From assembly GCA_030704615.1 (NCBI GenBank), contig CM060734.1, positions 2,728,001-2,792,000 on the forward strand: a DNA stretch of 64,000 bases, read 5' to 3'. The DNA is from Takakia lepidozioides (Eukaryota > Plantae > Bryophyta). The notes under the pieces were generated by a model. The model was not told the origin of the DNA. It was given only the letters and a program-made list of their open reading frames with translations, and made no database searches. Below, one piece after another: positions 50,701 through 63,344 of this stretch. Position numbers and translations under genes: made by a program. The stretch's first letter is position 1, and each line of letters begins with the position of its first letter.

Positions 50701-51626
50701 GGCATAAAAACAGGCTGGTAACACTTGTTTAACATACTGTTCCTTAGAATATAAAGCTGGATTATTATGAAGAGGGGGTCTTCTAAGTAATCCCACCCTC
50801 CCTTGGTGACTGGCCTTTGAAGCCGCCAAGGAGTTTAAGTGGAAATACTCCCTGGGCATGGTGTAATGACATGGTTAGATGTGGTGTGGTGTAAATGTGG
50901 TATGTAGGTAATATCTTGTACTATCATGGGCTGTTTGTGCAATGTCATATGCTTGCTTTGTTGTGTCATGAACTCTGATTCTCAGCTGCAGCATGGAATG
51001 ATAATATAGGGGTGATTTGGAAAATTAACCAGGGTTGTTCCCCTCACTTGTATAGGCTACTAGCATAGCGATGTGCCATACCATGGCCTTGTAATGCAGC
51101 CTGTAGTCTGTAGTTGATTTGAAATGATAAGGCACCAACACTTGGCCTTTTTTCAAGCTGTGCTGCAGGCTAGTTTAAACAAATACTGGCAGGCAAGGTT
51201 ATTTAAATCTGAGGTACCCAAGTCCTGATTTTTAACCTACATGACACTCATGGGGTTTGAGCAAGTACACTTGGATTCTAGCTTGTGGACATCAATCAAC
51301 TCAGCTTATAAATGTGTGTGATCATTTGACCTGCAACACATTAAGGCCAAATATGGCCAAGTGCCCACCATCCCACCCAGACCTCTGAATGTATATCCTG
51401 ATTATGACTGGTGGTCAATCAGTATTTTTACTTACTCTTTGGGTTATGAAGATTATGACATGAACACATTATTGTGCATGGAGGTAATTCTGGATTTTCC
51501 AGCTTGATGATTGATGGATAGTGCCACTGAAAAGTGGCTGATATGTCTCATTATTCTTATTCTTCTTGACAATGACCCTAGGGTCTTGTCCTTGTCTTGA
51601 CATGACAAAAGTATCTTCCCTCTCTC
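44798..51626. repeat. ~825-bp near-identical inverted repeat pair (44798-45623 and 50802-51626)
   Basis: Colinear reverse complements with few substitutions; ORFs 44675+ and 51453- share LGSLSRRIRIMRHISHFSVALSINHQ. Confidence 0.92.
49005..50400. repeat. ~720-bp direct duplication
   Basis: tttgttctaag(g)ccctgtatgcc at ~49009 and ~49728, colinear downstream. Confidence 0.88.
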
Positions 51627-51886
51627 ATTGTCCAGTATGCTTAGTGGTTTCTGCATACACTATCCTTTGATTACCATGCTGATTTTCCAGCCTTTGTGTA
51701 GAACCCCACCAAGATCACTCCGGAATGGATTGATGAGCTGCAAACCTTGGGGTACTAGCTCCGGCTGCTTCCTCCAATCCCTGTTATTCAAGTTGTGCAA
51801 CCATGGTTCATACCAGGTATGTTTTTTTCCAGCAGACCAATGGTTTGGGCATGGAGAATAGATAAGCACAGGGCATAACAGACTTA

Positions 51887-52306
51887 TGAATGATGATATT
51901 ATGAGCTAGGCCCTGGTAAGACAGCATACTCGAGTATATGTACACACCTTCTACATGATCCGGTCACTGTACGTTACTCTTACTAACTGTCCCCTGTAGC
52001 CAATGCCTTATATCAATATTTAGTTTGTCTTCGGCTCAAATGCTTTTTGGCTTCTCCTGGATGTGGCTTTGCTCTTAGTAGCACCACACAAACAGACCCC
52101 TGAATGCTGATATCATGAGCTAGGCCCTGGTAAGATAGTATACTGGAGCATATGTACACACCTTCTACATGATCCGGTCACTGTACATCGTTCTTGCTAA
52201 CTGATCCCCTGTAGCCAATGCCTTATGTCAGAATTTAGTTGGTATTCGGCTCACATGCTTTTTGGCTTCTCCTGGATGTGGCTTCGCTCTTTGTAGCACC
52301 ACACAA
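51887..52306. repeat. ~214-bp direct duplication
   Basis: atgagctaggccctggtaaga...agcaccacacaaa occurs twice. Confidence 0.9.
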
Positions 52307-52309
52307 AAA

Positions 52310-52847
52310 TGTCGATTCACAATGGAAAGATTGTGTGAATACTGCTTGGACTGGTAACTGGGAGCTTGAAATACTGATCCCTAAAAGCAGTGCTGAGGTA
52401 CGGCATGCTATGGAGGAAGTTGCAGATGAAGATTGGGATCAATATGGAGTCAATGGTGATTTTCTCGCATCCCTCATTTAAATTGGTGACAATTTCGCAG
52501 TCAACGCAGATGAAGACAATGATGAGGGAGTTGATTTTTATATCATTTGTTGTGTTGCTGCTTTACATGCTGTCAAGAAACCATTCACTGATGCCTGGGG
52601 CACTGCTTTTGTGGAAGGAGACATGGTAATCGCTGGAAAATATTACCAGAAGTGGGGGACAGGGGAAAACACTTATATACTTCTCCAAAATTCTCAAGTG
52701 GTCTTCATGCACTCTGAACACGTGCGAGCCATCAAGTATCCTATGGTACCATGTGATCACAGGGTTGCTGAAAATGAAATGGTTTACAAGCTGCCGGACT
52801 ACGCAGAAGATGGGATAAGGGCTGCAATAGTAGCACTGGATGATTAG
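52310..52847 (+). pseudogene. C-terminal fragment of a probable DNA-transposon ORF
   Basis: Frameshifted coding-like stretch WKDCVN...GDNFAVNA...EGVDFYIICC...WG...GKYYQKWG...HRV. Family recalled from memory only. Confidence 0.4.
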
Positions 52848-55524
52848 GCACACTTCCATGTGTGTGTGCATTTGCATTGCATCCATCTACTCGCACCTAA
52901 AGGGGGGCAAGTACCATGGCCTATCCGAGCAGTAGTCCATGGTACTTGCAGTTTGCCCAGAACTTTCACCCACATGCAACCTGGGCATGCAAGTGGGTTC
53001 AAGCCCCACGTGGGTGTGATGATTATGACTGTATGTCATACATGAAGTGTATTAAAGTCACTGATTAATCTGAGTCTGTGCATTTTTGCAGCAGGAGGTT
53101 CAATCTAGTCAGGCAGCAAAGCAACTTACTTATGATTTGGCTGATGCAGTGCTCAAGACAGAGGTCCTTCGTGTACCAGGTAAGCAAAACCAAACACTGA
53201 GCTAGCTGAGCTACTTATTTTCCCGGCTAGACTGTCTACAAAGTGATTTTCACTGTGACTCTCTTTCAAATGTATCTGATAGCTTAAGAACTCAGGGTCT
53301 CATTGTCACATTGATGAATTGTGAGCCCACTAGTTAGTAGCCTCCTCTGTAAATCCTGGGCTATTTGCTGCAGGGTTGTGGATGGACCCTGAGGCACCAT
53401 TGACCTCAGGAGCATTCAGCCAACATGTGTGGACCAACCATGCTAGAGAGGTAGCATTTCTCATTGCTGATGTGTGCAGCTAGACCTCAGGAGCAGTAGG
53501 CCATGAAACTTGCAGTTTGCCCCGACCCGCATCTTTCACCCACATGCACGCCTGAAGTGGTCGGGCATCACAATGGGTTCAAGCCCCACGTGGGTAGATT
53601 CTCTTCATAGGCTAAGTCAATGGACAGAGACACTGTAGCAAGGTAGTTTGTTGGAAGGGTGGATGTGCAAAGGGATCTGTGCAACTGTAGAGGGGGAGGA
53701 AGGAGTGAGGGATGCACGATTTGTCTCTGGAAACAAAATCTTCGTAGTCGTGCAAGATGCGCATCATTTTTTTCTGCACTCCATATGAATGCAGTGAAAC
53801 ATTGCAAGTGTGAAAGTATGTACACACTGATTTGCTTGGTACGTTTGAGAAAGCTGTTTCCTCACTCTTGCATCTCTTTTTGGTGGGCTGCAGTAATTTG
53901 GGTATGTGTTGCAGCTGTTCACCGCTTCACCAAGCCTTACAAAAGTGACAGTGAATGGATTGAGTCAGATTATGGAATCAAGTGAGAAGTTCAGTGTCAG
54001 GGGATTGATTTGTAGGGAGAAGGAGATGGTGTCGAAGCATGAATCGCCATGAGTTCGGAGACGCTGTGAGGTGAATGGAAAGTAGAGGCAGAATGGAGGG
54101 CAAGCAAGGCTTCACAACGAGCTAGTCTACCCTTAATTGAAGTCAACCCAGCAGATTGATGGAGCTGCATTTTGCCCATGTCATTTGTTTTTTGCATCAA
54201 CATTGTGCTGGGAAACGTGAGCCTTAGATACATCCCGGTCTCCTTCATGCAGACAATCAAGTCTTTCACACCTGCCACTACTGGTGTGCTTGCCTCTCCC
54301 TTTCTATGTTCTTTCTCTCTCTGATTTTACTCTCTTGCATTAAGCAAGAGAGCTTTGTGCAACTTAAATGAGGCATATGAAGCATACCTTTCTCCAGAGT
54401 GATTCTTCAGTCTTTTGTGGAAGTCCAAGAAAGGGGTCCTTCACACACTGGCTGTAATGGCTAACAAGGCCAATTTCTACTGCTTACATTTAGGATTGAA
54501 TAGTCACCGATATTTCTGAGGTTTGTTGTTTATGACAGTAGCAGTCAAAGGTGTACCCAGGCACATCCAACTGCGCATTGCTCGTATTCTGGTAGTGACG
54601 GTGGTCTCATGCCAGGATGGTAATTTCACTGTGTGTATACTGACATACCAGGTCCATCACCAGTCTGGATCAGAGAAACAGAGGCACCTGTACGAGCAAT
54701 TTAGTGGAGATGGCATCTAATTTCGTATGTATGATGGGTGTCGTTGGTTATCTCTTTGGTCGGGGGTGTGGTGATCTAAACAGTGCTATTACAGTGGTGT
54801 AACCTGGCATGACATGGTGCTGGGATCTGTTAGTTAAAGTTGAGGCCCCACTGGCAGCCCAGGTTAGGGGGGTGTGTTTGTAGTTATCTGTACTGTTGAA
54901 ACTTAGCTTGCAGATCCTTATAACAACCACTTCTGTTGTGGTATGCTGTGGACAGAGCTATTTCATGGTTTGCTGTTGGTGAAAAGCTTCTTTATGTGCA
55001 TTTGGATTTCAGGACATGATTTTCACCTTAGGGAATATATCATTGAGCACCTGTGCCACTACTTTTTCGAGTTACTTCGGTTTGTTTATATATGCTCTGT
55101 CTATGTGCATGTGGTACCTGTAGATATCTTTTCAGCAGCCATCCTTCAACAGAGATCATTTTTCAAGTTTAGAGTTTCCTTGTTAGTGACTGGATAGACC
55201 ATGTTGTGAAGGTTTGAATACTACATATGTTTTAGTATGGCTGGGATGAGCTTGGGCTATGAGAGTGAAATTTTATGAGGCACTAGAGCCCTACACCATT
55301 CATTGATTGTGGGCATTTATTTGAAGTGGGGAGAATAAGGAGCTGGTGGCTGAGTGGTGGTGACTGAGATAAACTACTGAACCAGGCATGCCTGGCAGAC
55401 TTGTCCCTAGGCTCTCTCACTCATTATATATTCAACTTTGACAAACCTGCTCTGTGCAAATCATTGAGGACCCACTGTAAAAGTTATGTGAACTCTGAGA
55501 AACCTCTCAGCACCTACACGGTAC

Positions 55525-55969
55525 ACTTCCTACACTCTTCATGTGAAGTGTGCTAAAGTAGCAAAGATGACAAGTTTTTTTTTAAAAAAAAATTAAAAAA
55601 ATCCCATCTTTTGCATGGATGTAGTGTGATGAGTGCTAATGGTTACACAACAAGAATGAGCCCCAAAAATTTAAAATCTAGGAGAAAACCTCATACAATG
55701 GAAAGTTGTGGACATTCATGGAAAGTTGTGACCATTTTTGGGCCACAACTTGCCAGGACTGTCCACAACTTTCCATGAATGTCCACAACTTTCCATTGTA
55801 TGAGGTTTTCTCCTAGATTTTAATTTTTTTGGGGCTCATTCTTGTTGTGTAACCATTAGCACTCATCACACTACATCCCTGCAAAAGATGGGATTTTTTT
55901 AATTTTTGTTTTTTCGGAACTTGTCATCTTTGCTACTTTAGCACACTTTACATGAAGAGTGTAGGAAGT
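55525..55969. repeat. Foldback inverted repeat (arms ~205 bp, spacer ~30 bp)
   Basis: acttcctacactcttcatg...ggaaagttgtg is mirrored by cacaactttcc...catgaagagtgtaggaagt. Confidence 0.95.
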
Positions 55970-56398
55970 TGAAGTAAAACTAAGCTTTGAGTGCCCTCAC
56001 TGTTGACCACATGTGGTTTGTGGTCTATATGATTTTAGTTGAACTTGAAACCTTGCATGCACACTATGCATGTTGTTAGTAAGCTTGGGGACGAAGAACC
56101 TAGTGAAAAAAAAATTGTTTAGATCCCTAAACATAGCACCTAATATACGGTGGTTTTGGATGTTTGTGGACCTTTGTGGAACCTAAATGGACATTTTTGG
56201 ACTTATGTGAACACTTATTCTCAGGATATGCAAAGTTGTGGACTTTGGAGATTTTGGATTGTGTATGGGAAAAGTTTGGAAAACATGAATGCCCACTTTG
56301 GAAAGTTTTGGAAGGTGACGGTAGTGCCCGGGAGCAGCAGGGACAAGGCAGGGTCTAGTGGCCCCACGCAGGGCAAAACCCCATGCCCTACAAAACTT

Positions 56399-56720
56399 TA
56401 AATAAAAAACAGGACCCTTGATTTTTTGAATTAGTTGGTATTGTAGTGGTTAGGGTGCTCTAACGGGGTTGCATAGGGCTGGGGATCGAATCCCCCTGCC
56501 CGCCCTCCCCTTCAACAGTAGAACCTATTTTTTATTTATTTTTAGAATCTCTCTACTTCACTATTAAATAAAAAAGAGGACCCTTTGGTGTTGAAGTAAC
56601 ATTGGTAGTGTAGTGGTTAGTACTCTCTAATGGAGTTGCATAGGGCTGGGGTCTAATCCCCCTCCCGGCCTACCCCCTCAACAGTAGCACTTAGTTTTTT
56701 TTTTTGAATCTGTCTACTTT
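56399..56720 (+). repeat. Two ~167-bp tandem units, each with a tRNA-derived A-box/B-box-like core
   Basis: tggta(t/g)tgtagtggttag ... gggatcgaatccc / gggtctaatccc; no intact cloverleaf. Confidence 0.5.
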
Positions 56721-57224
56721 CTGAATATCGGATATACTAACATTGAATATTGAATATACATTGAACATTGAACATGGAATTTGCAAACGAGATGTTTTAC
56801 TGGGTTGTGCCAAAAGCTTCATATGGATAGCTATAAAGGCTTCTGGATGGCCTGATTATGCAGATCAAGTCAATTTTGCAGCACTTGGGTAGTATTGTCA
56901 CTCCCAGCTGCTGGATTTAGGATCTTAGTAGCCAATTTTTGACCTCTCTTGCATTGCATTTGCGTCGAAAGTACACTCGGGTGATAGAGTCCCTCCTGAG
57001 CCCGGGTCTGTATTTTCCATGAGCAATGAGCAGACGAGCCATGAGCAGAGTTTTCGAACCTACCCCGAAGCAAACCCGAAGCTAGATTCCAGGTTCGGGA
57101 TAGGCTCGAGATACAAGCAAAGCTGATGGACCAAGGTTATATCTCTAAAATTGACTAAATGTATGGTATACAGTATGGTATGTACGGTATGTGACCTATA
57201 CCCGCGCGGGCAAAACGGAAAATG

Positions 57225-57500
57225 GACAGCCGGAAGTCTGTGCCGGTTTTTCAAAAAAAAAAAAAAACTGAAAAAGGCAGCCGGAAGTCTGTGCCGACTT
57301 CTCAAATAAAAACAAAAAAAAAGGAAAATGGGCTAAAAAACGGAAAAAAGGTTAATAAAACAGAAATTGAGCCAAAAAATGGAAAATGGGCAACCGGAAG
57401 TCCGTGCCGACTTCTCCAAAAATGAAAAAAGAAAAAGAAAAACTGAAAATGGACACCCGGAAGTCTGTGCCGACTTCTCAAAAAAAAAAAAAAAAAAACC
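57225..57500. repeat. CCGGAAGTCTGTGCCGACTTCTC motif, 4 copies separated by A-tracts
   Basis: Seen directly; possibly transposon subterminal repeats. Confidence 0.8.
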
Positions 57501-58366
57501 GCACGGTCTTCACATGGTCAGGTTGGACCGCGGTTATAGAAGAAACACCTATTCCCGGGGTTGCTCCAACTCGTCTGCAAGAGCAAAAATGCTCTCTAAG
57601 TCGGCACCGACGCCCAAAATATGGGGAAATCCCGAACCTAGCTTTGCATCCGAACCTAACTTGATTGTTCTAGATGAGGGGAAATCGTGCACTTGTAACA
57701 CTGAAAAACAGGTTCCGATGGTCGGAAACCTGGGAATATTTGCATAAATATGCAAAAAATATTCTTTTTGGGGATTCTTCTCATGCTTTTTTGTGCTCAC
57801 TGCTCGTAGAAAAACTACCCCCCTGAGCCCAAAGGTGTAGCATGAATGAATCATTGTCTTGGATCCAAGTAGTCAATGAATAGGCAATACTCTACTGCAT
57901 GTGACAGGCTTTGGGTATCGTCGCAACAGGGAACAACCATTGTCATGTTTTGCAAAGCTCTTTTTTTGCAACCTTCCATCAAAATGTAGAAATTTTTGTA
58001 GGTCTGCAAACTGAGGCCTAATTGCACTTCCAATCCTTTCTGTTGAGATTATGTCATGCCGCAACAACCTTTTGGAAGGCCTCGATGGCTTGGGCACGTT
58101 TCTTCATGGGCATGTCACCGTTTTATCATTGCTTGCCTTCAAAGTGGGCAAGTGTTTGGCTCAGTCTTACAAATTCCCCAACTTTGGACCACATGCAAGC
58201 CACTTCTGGCTGGGCATCCCAGTGGGTTCGACTCCCTCTTGGTTCTTGGCCTTTTGAAGGCCTCCGAAGGGTAAGTACTTGGTACTGTCTTCTGCCAATG
58301 TGAAATACCAATCTGACAACAGGGCCTTGGTGCACTTCCTGCATACAGGAAAGGGATGGTTCCATT

Positions 58367-58883
58367 CACTAGAAGGAAAATGCGGAATAACCACTGGCCC
58401 TTTAACCACTACTGTCTTTTCCCACTCTATAAACCACTAGTAATAGCTTGCCAGTGGTTAATCCCGATGAAATGCCACGGTGGCATCACAGACAGTGGTT
58501 GGAAGTGGTTTCAACCACTCAATAGTCCACGTGTAATAATTTTTTTTTTTTTTTTTTTATTTTTTATTTGATATATATTTTAGTTAATAAATATTATATT
58601 CCACATGGACGGGTACAGTGGTAGATTGTGAGTGGTTATAGACACCTCAGTGATGGAAAGTGGTTGAAGCCACCTGCTACTCCACGTGTAATAGTTAAAA
58701 TTTTATTTATGATTTATGATTTGGAAATATATTTTAATTAATAAATATAATATTCCACGTGGACGGGGACAGTGCATGTTGATCTCGAGTGGTTAAAGAC
58801 ACCTCATTGATTTGTACCACTTTGACAGTGGTGGAAAGTGGGTGGTGAAAGACACTGTAGTAATTGGAACCACTATTCTAGTG
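58367..58883. mobile_element. Possible small CACTA derivative
   Basis: CACTAGAA...TTCTAGTG ends with many CCACT/AGTGG motifs, but the 3-bp flanks (ATT/GTC) do not match. Confidence 0.45.
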
Positions 58884-58934
58884 GTCGCTCATGAGTGGTT
58901 GTCTACACAGCAGTGTCCATGCCATTGTAGGATG

Positions 58935-61900
58935 ATGCAGGTGTGTACGAGCCTGGCAGCGCTGGATAAGGGTAAGGAAGTCCATGGGGACATTGTCAAA
59001 GCTGGAATTTTACCAGATGTCATTCTGAATAGTACCTTGGTGGACATGTATGATAAATGTGGGTGCATTGAAGCTGCAAAGGGAGTGTTCGACCTAATGG
59101 CTGAACGAAATGTGGTGTCTTGGAGTGCAATGATTGCAAGATATGCACAGCATGGGTGCGGGATGGAGGCTTTGGAGACCTATGAGAAAATGGTGGGAAG
59201 GGGTGAAGCCCAATCACATCACCTTTATTTGTGTCTGCAATGTGTGTGCAAGCCTAGCAGTGCAAGCCTAGCAGCCCTGGAAAAGGGCAGAGAGGTCCAT
59301 GGTGACATCATCAAAGCGGGAATTGAACCAGATATTGTTCTGAACAATACCCTTGTGGACATGTATGCCAATTGTGGCACGCCATGCACCTATTTCCCCT
59401 TTTCCAGAGCTGCAAGGGCAGTGTTCAGATTGACATTGGGTACAATTCCAGCTTTGATGATATCCCCATGAACCTCTTTGCCCTTCTCCAGGGCTACCAG
59501 GCTTGCACAAGCATTACAAATGCACACAAACATGATGTGCTTCCCCCATCATTTATTCATAGGTCTCCAAAGACTCCATCCCACGTCCCTGCTGTGCATA
59601 CCCTGCAAGCATCGCACTCCACGACACCACATCTCGTTCAGCCGTAGTGTCGAACACTCCCTTTGCATCCTGGATGCACCCACATTTTGCAAACATGTCC
59701 ACCAGGGTATTGTTCAGAATGACATCTGGTACAATTCCAGCTCTGAAGATGTCGCCATGGACCTCTTTCCCCTTTTCCAGAGCTGCCAGGGCAGTGTTTA
59801 GAATGACATTTGGTACAATTCCAGCTTTGACGATATCCCCATGCACCTCTTTGCCATTCTCTAGGGCTCCAGGCTTGCACGACGCCACATCCTGTTTAGC
59901 CATAGTGTTGAACACTCCTTTTGCATCCTAGATGCACCCACATTTTGCAAACATGTCCACAAGGGTATTGTTCCGAATGACATCTGGTACAATTCGAGCT
60001 CTGAAGATGTCGCCATGGACCTCTTCCCCCTTTTCCAGAGCTGCCAGGGCAGTGTTCAGAATGACATTTGGTACCATTGCAGCTTTGATGATATCCACAT
60101 GCACCTCTTTGCCCTTCTCTAGGGCTGTCAGGCTTGCACAAACATTGCGAATGCACACAAACATGATGTGCTTCCCCCATCAACTGCTTATAGGTCTCCA
60201 AAGCCTCCATCCCACGTCCCTGCTGTGCATGCAAGCATCGCACTCCACGACGCCACATCTCGTTCAGCCATAGTGTCGAACATTCCCCTTGAATCCTCGA
60301 TGCACCTACATTTTGCATACATGTCCACTAGGGCAGTGTTTAGAATGGCATTTGGTACAATTCCAGCTCTGACGATGTCGCCATGGACATCTGGTACAGC
60401 TTTGAAGATGTCACCATGGACCTCTTTTTCCCCTTTTCTAGGGCTCCCAGGCTTGCACACGCATTGCAAACACAAACAATCGTGATGTGGTTCGGCTTCA
60501 CCCCTTCGTGCATCATTCGCTCGTCCAAAGCATTGTACCACATACATATTTGAATCTGCTGAGATGCTCCTCGGTTTAAAGTCTATAGAGCCTCTTTCAG
60601 TCTGCCTACCTCACAAAGCATCTTCACATGCCCAGAAGAGCCAGAAGAGGCATTATGGACTCCCTCTCTTTATCCTCTTTCAGAAGCCAACGGGCTAACT
60701 TACGGAATTTAGTATGCATCTCAGGGCCGAGCCTCCATCCCGCGCCCAAGTTGGGAATTGTACCAGATGTCATTCTGAACAATACCCTGGTGGACATGTT
60801 TGCAAAATGTGGGTGCATCGAGGATGCAAAGGGAGTGTTCAACACTATGGCTGAACGAGATGTGGTGTCATGGAGTGCGATGCTTGCAGGGTATGCACAG
60901 TAGGGACATGAGATGGAGGCTTTGGAGACCTATAAGCAAATGATGTGCGACGGGGTGAAGCTTGACCACATGTTTGTGTGCGTTTGCAGTGCGTGTGCAA
61001 GCCCGGCAGCCCTGGAAAAGGGCGAAGAGGTGCATGGCGACATTGTTTGAGCTGGAATTGTACCAGATGTGATCCTGAACACTGCCCTGGTGGACATGTA
61101 TGCCAAATGTGGGTGCATGGAGGATGCAAAGGGAGTGTTCGACAATATGGCTGAACGAGATGTGGTGTCGTGGAATGCGATGATCGCAGGATATGCACAG
61201 CATGGTTGTCATAAGGAGGTCGTGCAACTATTTGAAAGAATGCAAAAGAACGGCTTGAAGCCAAGCAATATCACCTTTATATGTGTTCTTTCTGCATGCA
61301 GCCACGCTGGCCTACTGAATGAAGGAAGACGCTACTTTGATTCCCTGAGTCAAGATCATGGTGTCACTCCGACAGTAAAGCACTTTGGCTGCATGGTGGA
61401 CCTTCTTGGACGTGAGGGACAACCGGATGAGGCAGTGGATATGATTAATAAAATGCCCATAAATCCAGGTGTTGTGGTGTGGAAGGCCTTGCTTGGTGCC
61501 TGCAGAATCCATGGCAATGTGGAGATGGCTGAACTTGCAGCAACATCTATCCTCATGTGGGCTGAACAGGATGCCGCGACTTATGTGTTGCTCTCAAACA
61601 TCTATGCTGCAGCTGGCAGGTGGGATGATACTGCAAAGGTGAGAAGAATGATGAAGGTCAAAGGGGTTAGAAACGAGCCAGGTTGCTGCTGCATTGAGGT
61701 TGGCAACAGGGTGCACAGCTTTGTTGTAGATGACAAGTTGCATCCCAGAATTAAGGAAATCCATGTTGAGTTGAGAAGATTGGCTGGGAAGATGAAGGAG
61801 GCGGGGTATGTGCCTGACAGGCGCTTTGTATTGCATGATGTGGGGGAGGAGGAAAATGAATTTTCTCTTTGCCACCACAGTGAGAAGCTGGCCATTAGTT

Positions 61901-61944
61901 TTGGCATATCCACGGGAAATGATAGTGGGGTCTACCCAGCATAG
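58935..61944 (+). pseudogene. PLS-class PPR protein with E domains and a truncated DYW deaminase domain (organellar RNA-editing factor), rearranged
   Basis: P/L/S triplets; E1/E2 (VWKALLGACRIHG, YVLLSNIYAAAG); PG box (PGCCCIEV); HSEKLA but no CxxC or DYW terminus. Stops at 60901 and ~61048; 59380-60510 is inverted. Confidence 0.93.
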
Positions 61945-62869
61945 GTGGGAAGTCAGCCCATAATTGCACTTGACTGAAGGGGTGATATTGGACTGACTTT
62001 GGTGACAGTGGATGGAATCAGAGTGCTGTCCTAATTCTGGGTTTGGGTGGTATGGCTGAACGAGATGTGGTGTCATGTTTGCTGCATTGAATTCTAGGTT
62101 GTCATTATGAGTTGCTAGCAACAAGGCAAGGATGTATGCATGATTTGTGCAGAGGCATGGATAGCTGAAGGAGCAGGGATGGAGTGTGGGTTTTGATTCA
62201 TCCAAGAGGGCCGGATTTCAAGCTTCAGATCACCTATGACTCCCTGTGGATAGCTACAAAAAACCTGCATGGGTAGATGGTCAACTGGAAGCCGCAGCAG
62301 CATTGGCACGATTGATAAAATCAGGCACTGCTCATGAAGGCACCTTCTTCAACACGTTTCACCATGTTTTTCCCTATGATGAGAATCGGCCCTAAATGTT
62401 GAATTTTGCAAATTAGCTGGTTGAGTGAACCTTAAATAGTTTGGAGTGACTTTGACATGATACTGCCAATGTGACAACAAGATTAATATCCAGAAACAGG
62501 TAACAGAGACGAGGAGAAGCTGTGACACAATAGAAACAATATTGCACATGTATGAACTACAAGTCGCAGCCCCCAAGTCAGTGCAACCAGCAGGAGTGCC
62601 TGGTTCCCAACCCACAGTCGCTGTAGTCACTAGTGAGGTAGTGCATTTCAAACCTCCAGTTGTATCTGCCACTTCAACACTCCAGTTGTTGACTCCACTT
62701 GCAAGTCATGAAGGCAACCAGCAGACAACTCATTGCACCACGTGCTGTGACCTCAAGCCTGCACGTCGCGAGACCCGGGAAGCCACGTGTGTCCTTGAAG
62801 GTAACCACGACATACGGTCGCTACTACGAGCCCAGCACTCCGAGACCAGCACTCCGAGACGTAGTTCAC

Positions 62870-63344
62870 AACTTCGCAGTCTGACCATGCAATCGTTGAA
62901 ACGACTTGCTAGTTATTTTTGAACTATTGGTTAGTGCTCGTGTAGTATGAGATCGTAACTATTCAGCAGCGTGAAGCAACGCGGCTACGGCACGTGTCCT
63001 GCCTCCAAGAGAACACGTGGAGTTTTCACACCGAGCCACGCGGCTGTATTCCCGGCGTGCACACAGTGGGGAAGTCGGAACCTCCGGTCAAAAGTCCACC
63101 GTGGTCAAGGTCCAAAATTCAGTCAACGCCGCGCGTGGTGACGCCACATGGCCACACCTTAAGAATTACCCTGCAGTCGGCGTCACGACTGACTGGAACG
63201 ACTCCGACCAGGTAATGACTGGAACGACTGGCTGTTCGATAGGTCTTGTCATTTCGGACTTGTAGTCGCCCAGTCATTTTTTGACTGAAACGACTGGGTT
63301 TCCAGTCGTTCTTTGAGTCGTTATTTCAGCGATTCCTTGTAGTG
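62870..63344. mobile_element. CACTA terminus with ACGACT/AGTCGT subterminal repeats
   Basis: Ends TTCCTTGTAGTG (reverse complement CACTACAAGGAA). Confidence 0.8.

Larger units (their letters stand above)
37650..51626. repeat. Array of diverged 2-4 kb non-coding units (about 37650-40055, 40055-42005, 42005-44690, inverted 44800-46720, 47560-51626)
   Basis: The units share the same module order: GA/polyG foldback, GGATG/CATCC array, AAACCCTA-like tract, conserved hairpin block, conserved terminal block (cttgtccatgtcttgacatgac). Confidence 0.8.

Noticed and set aside
56436-56500. Functional tRNA gene
   Set aside because: Acceptor and anticodon stems do not form convincingly.
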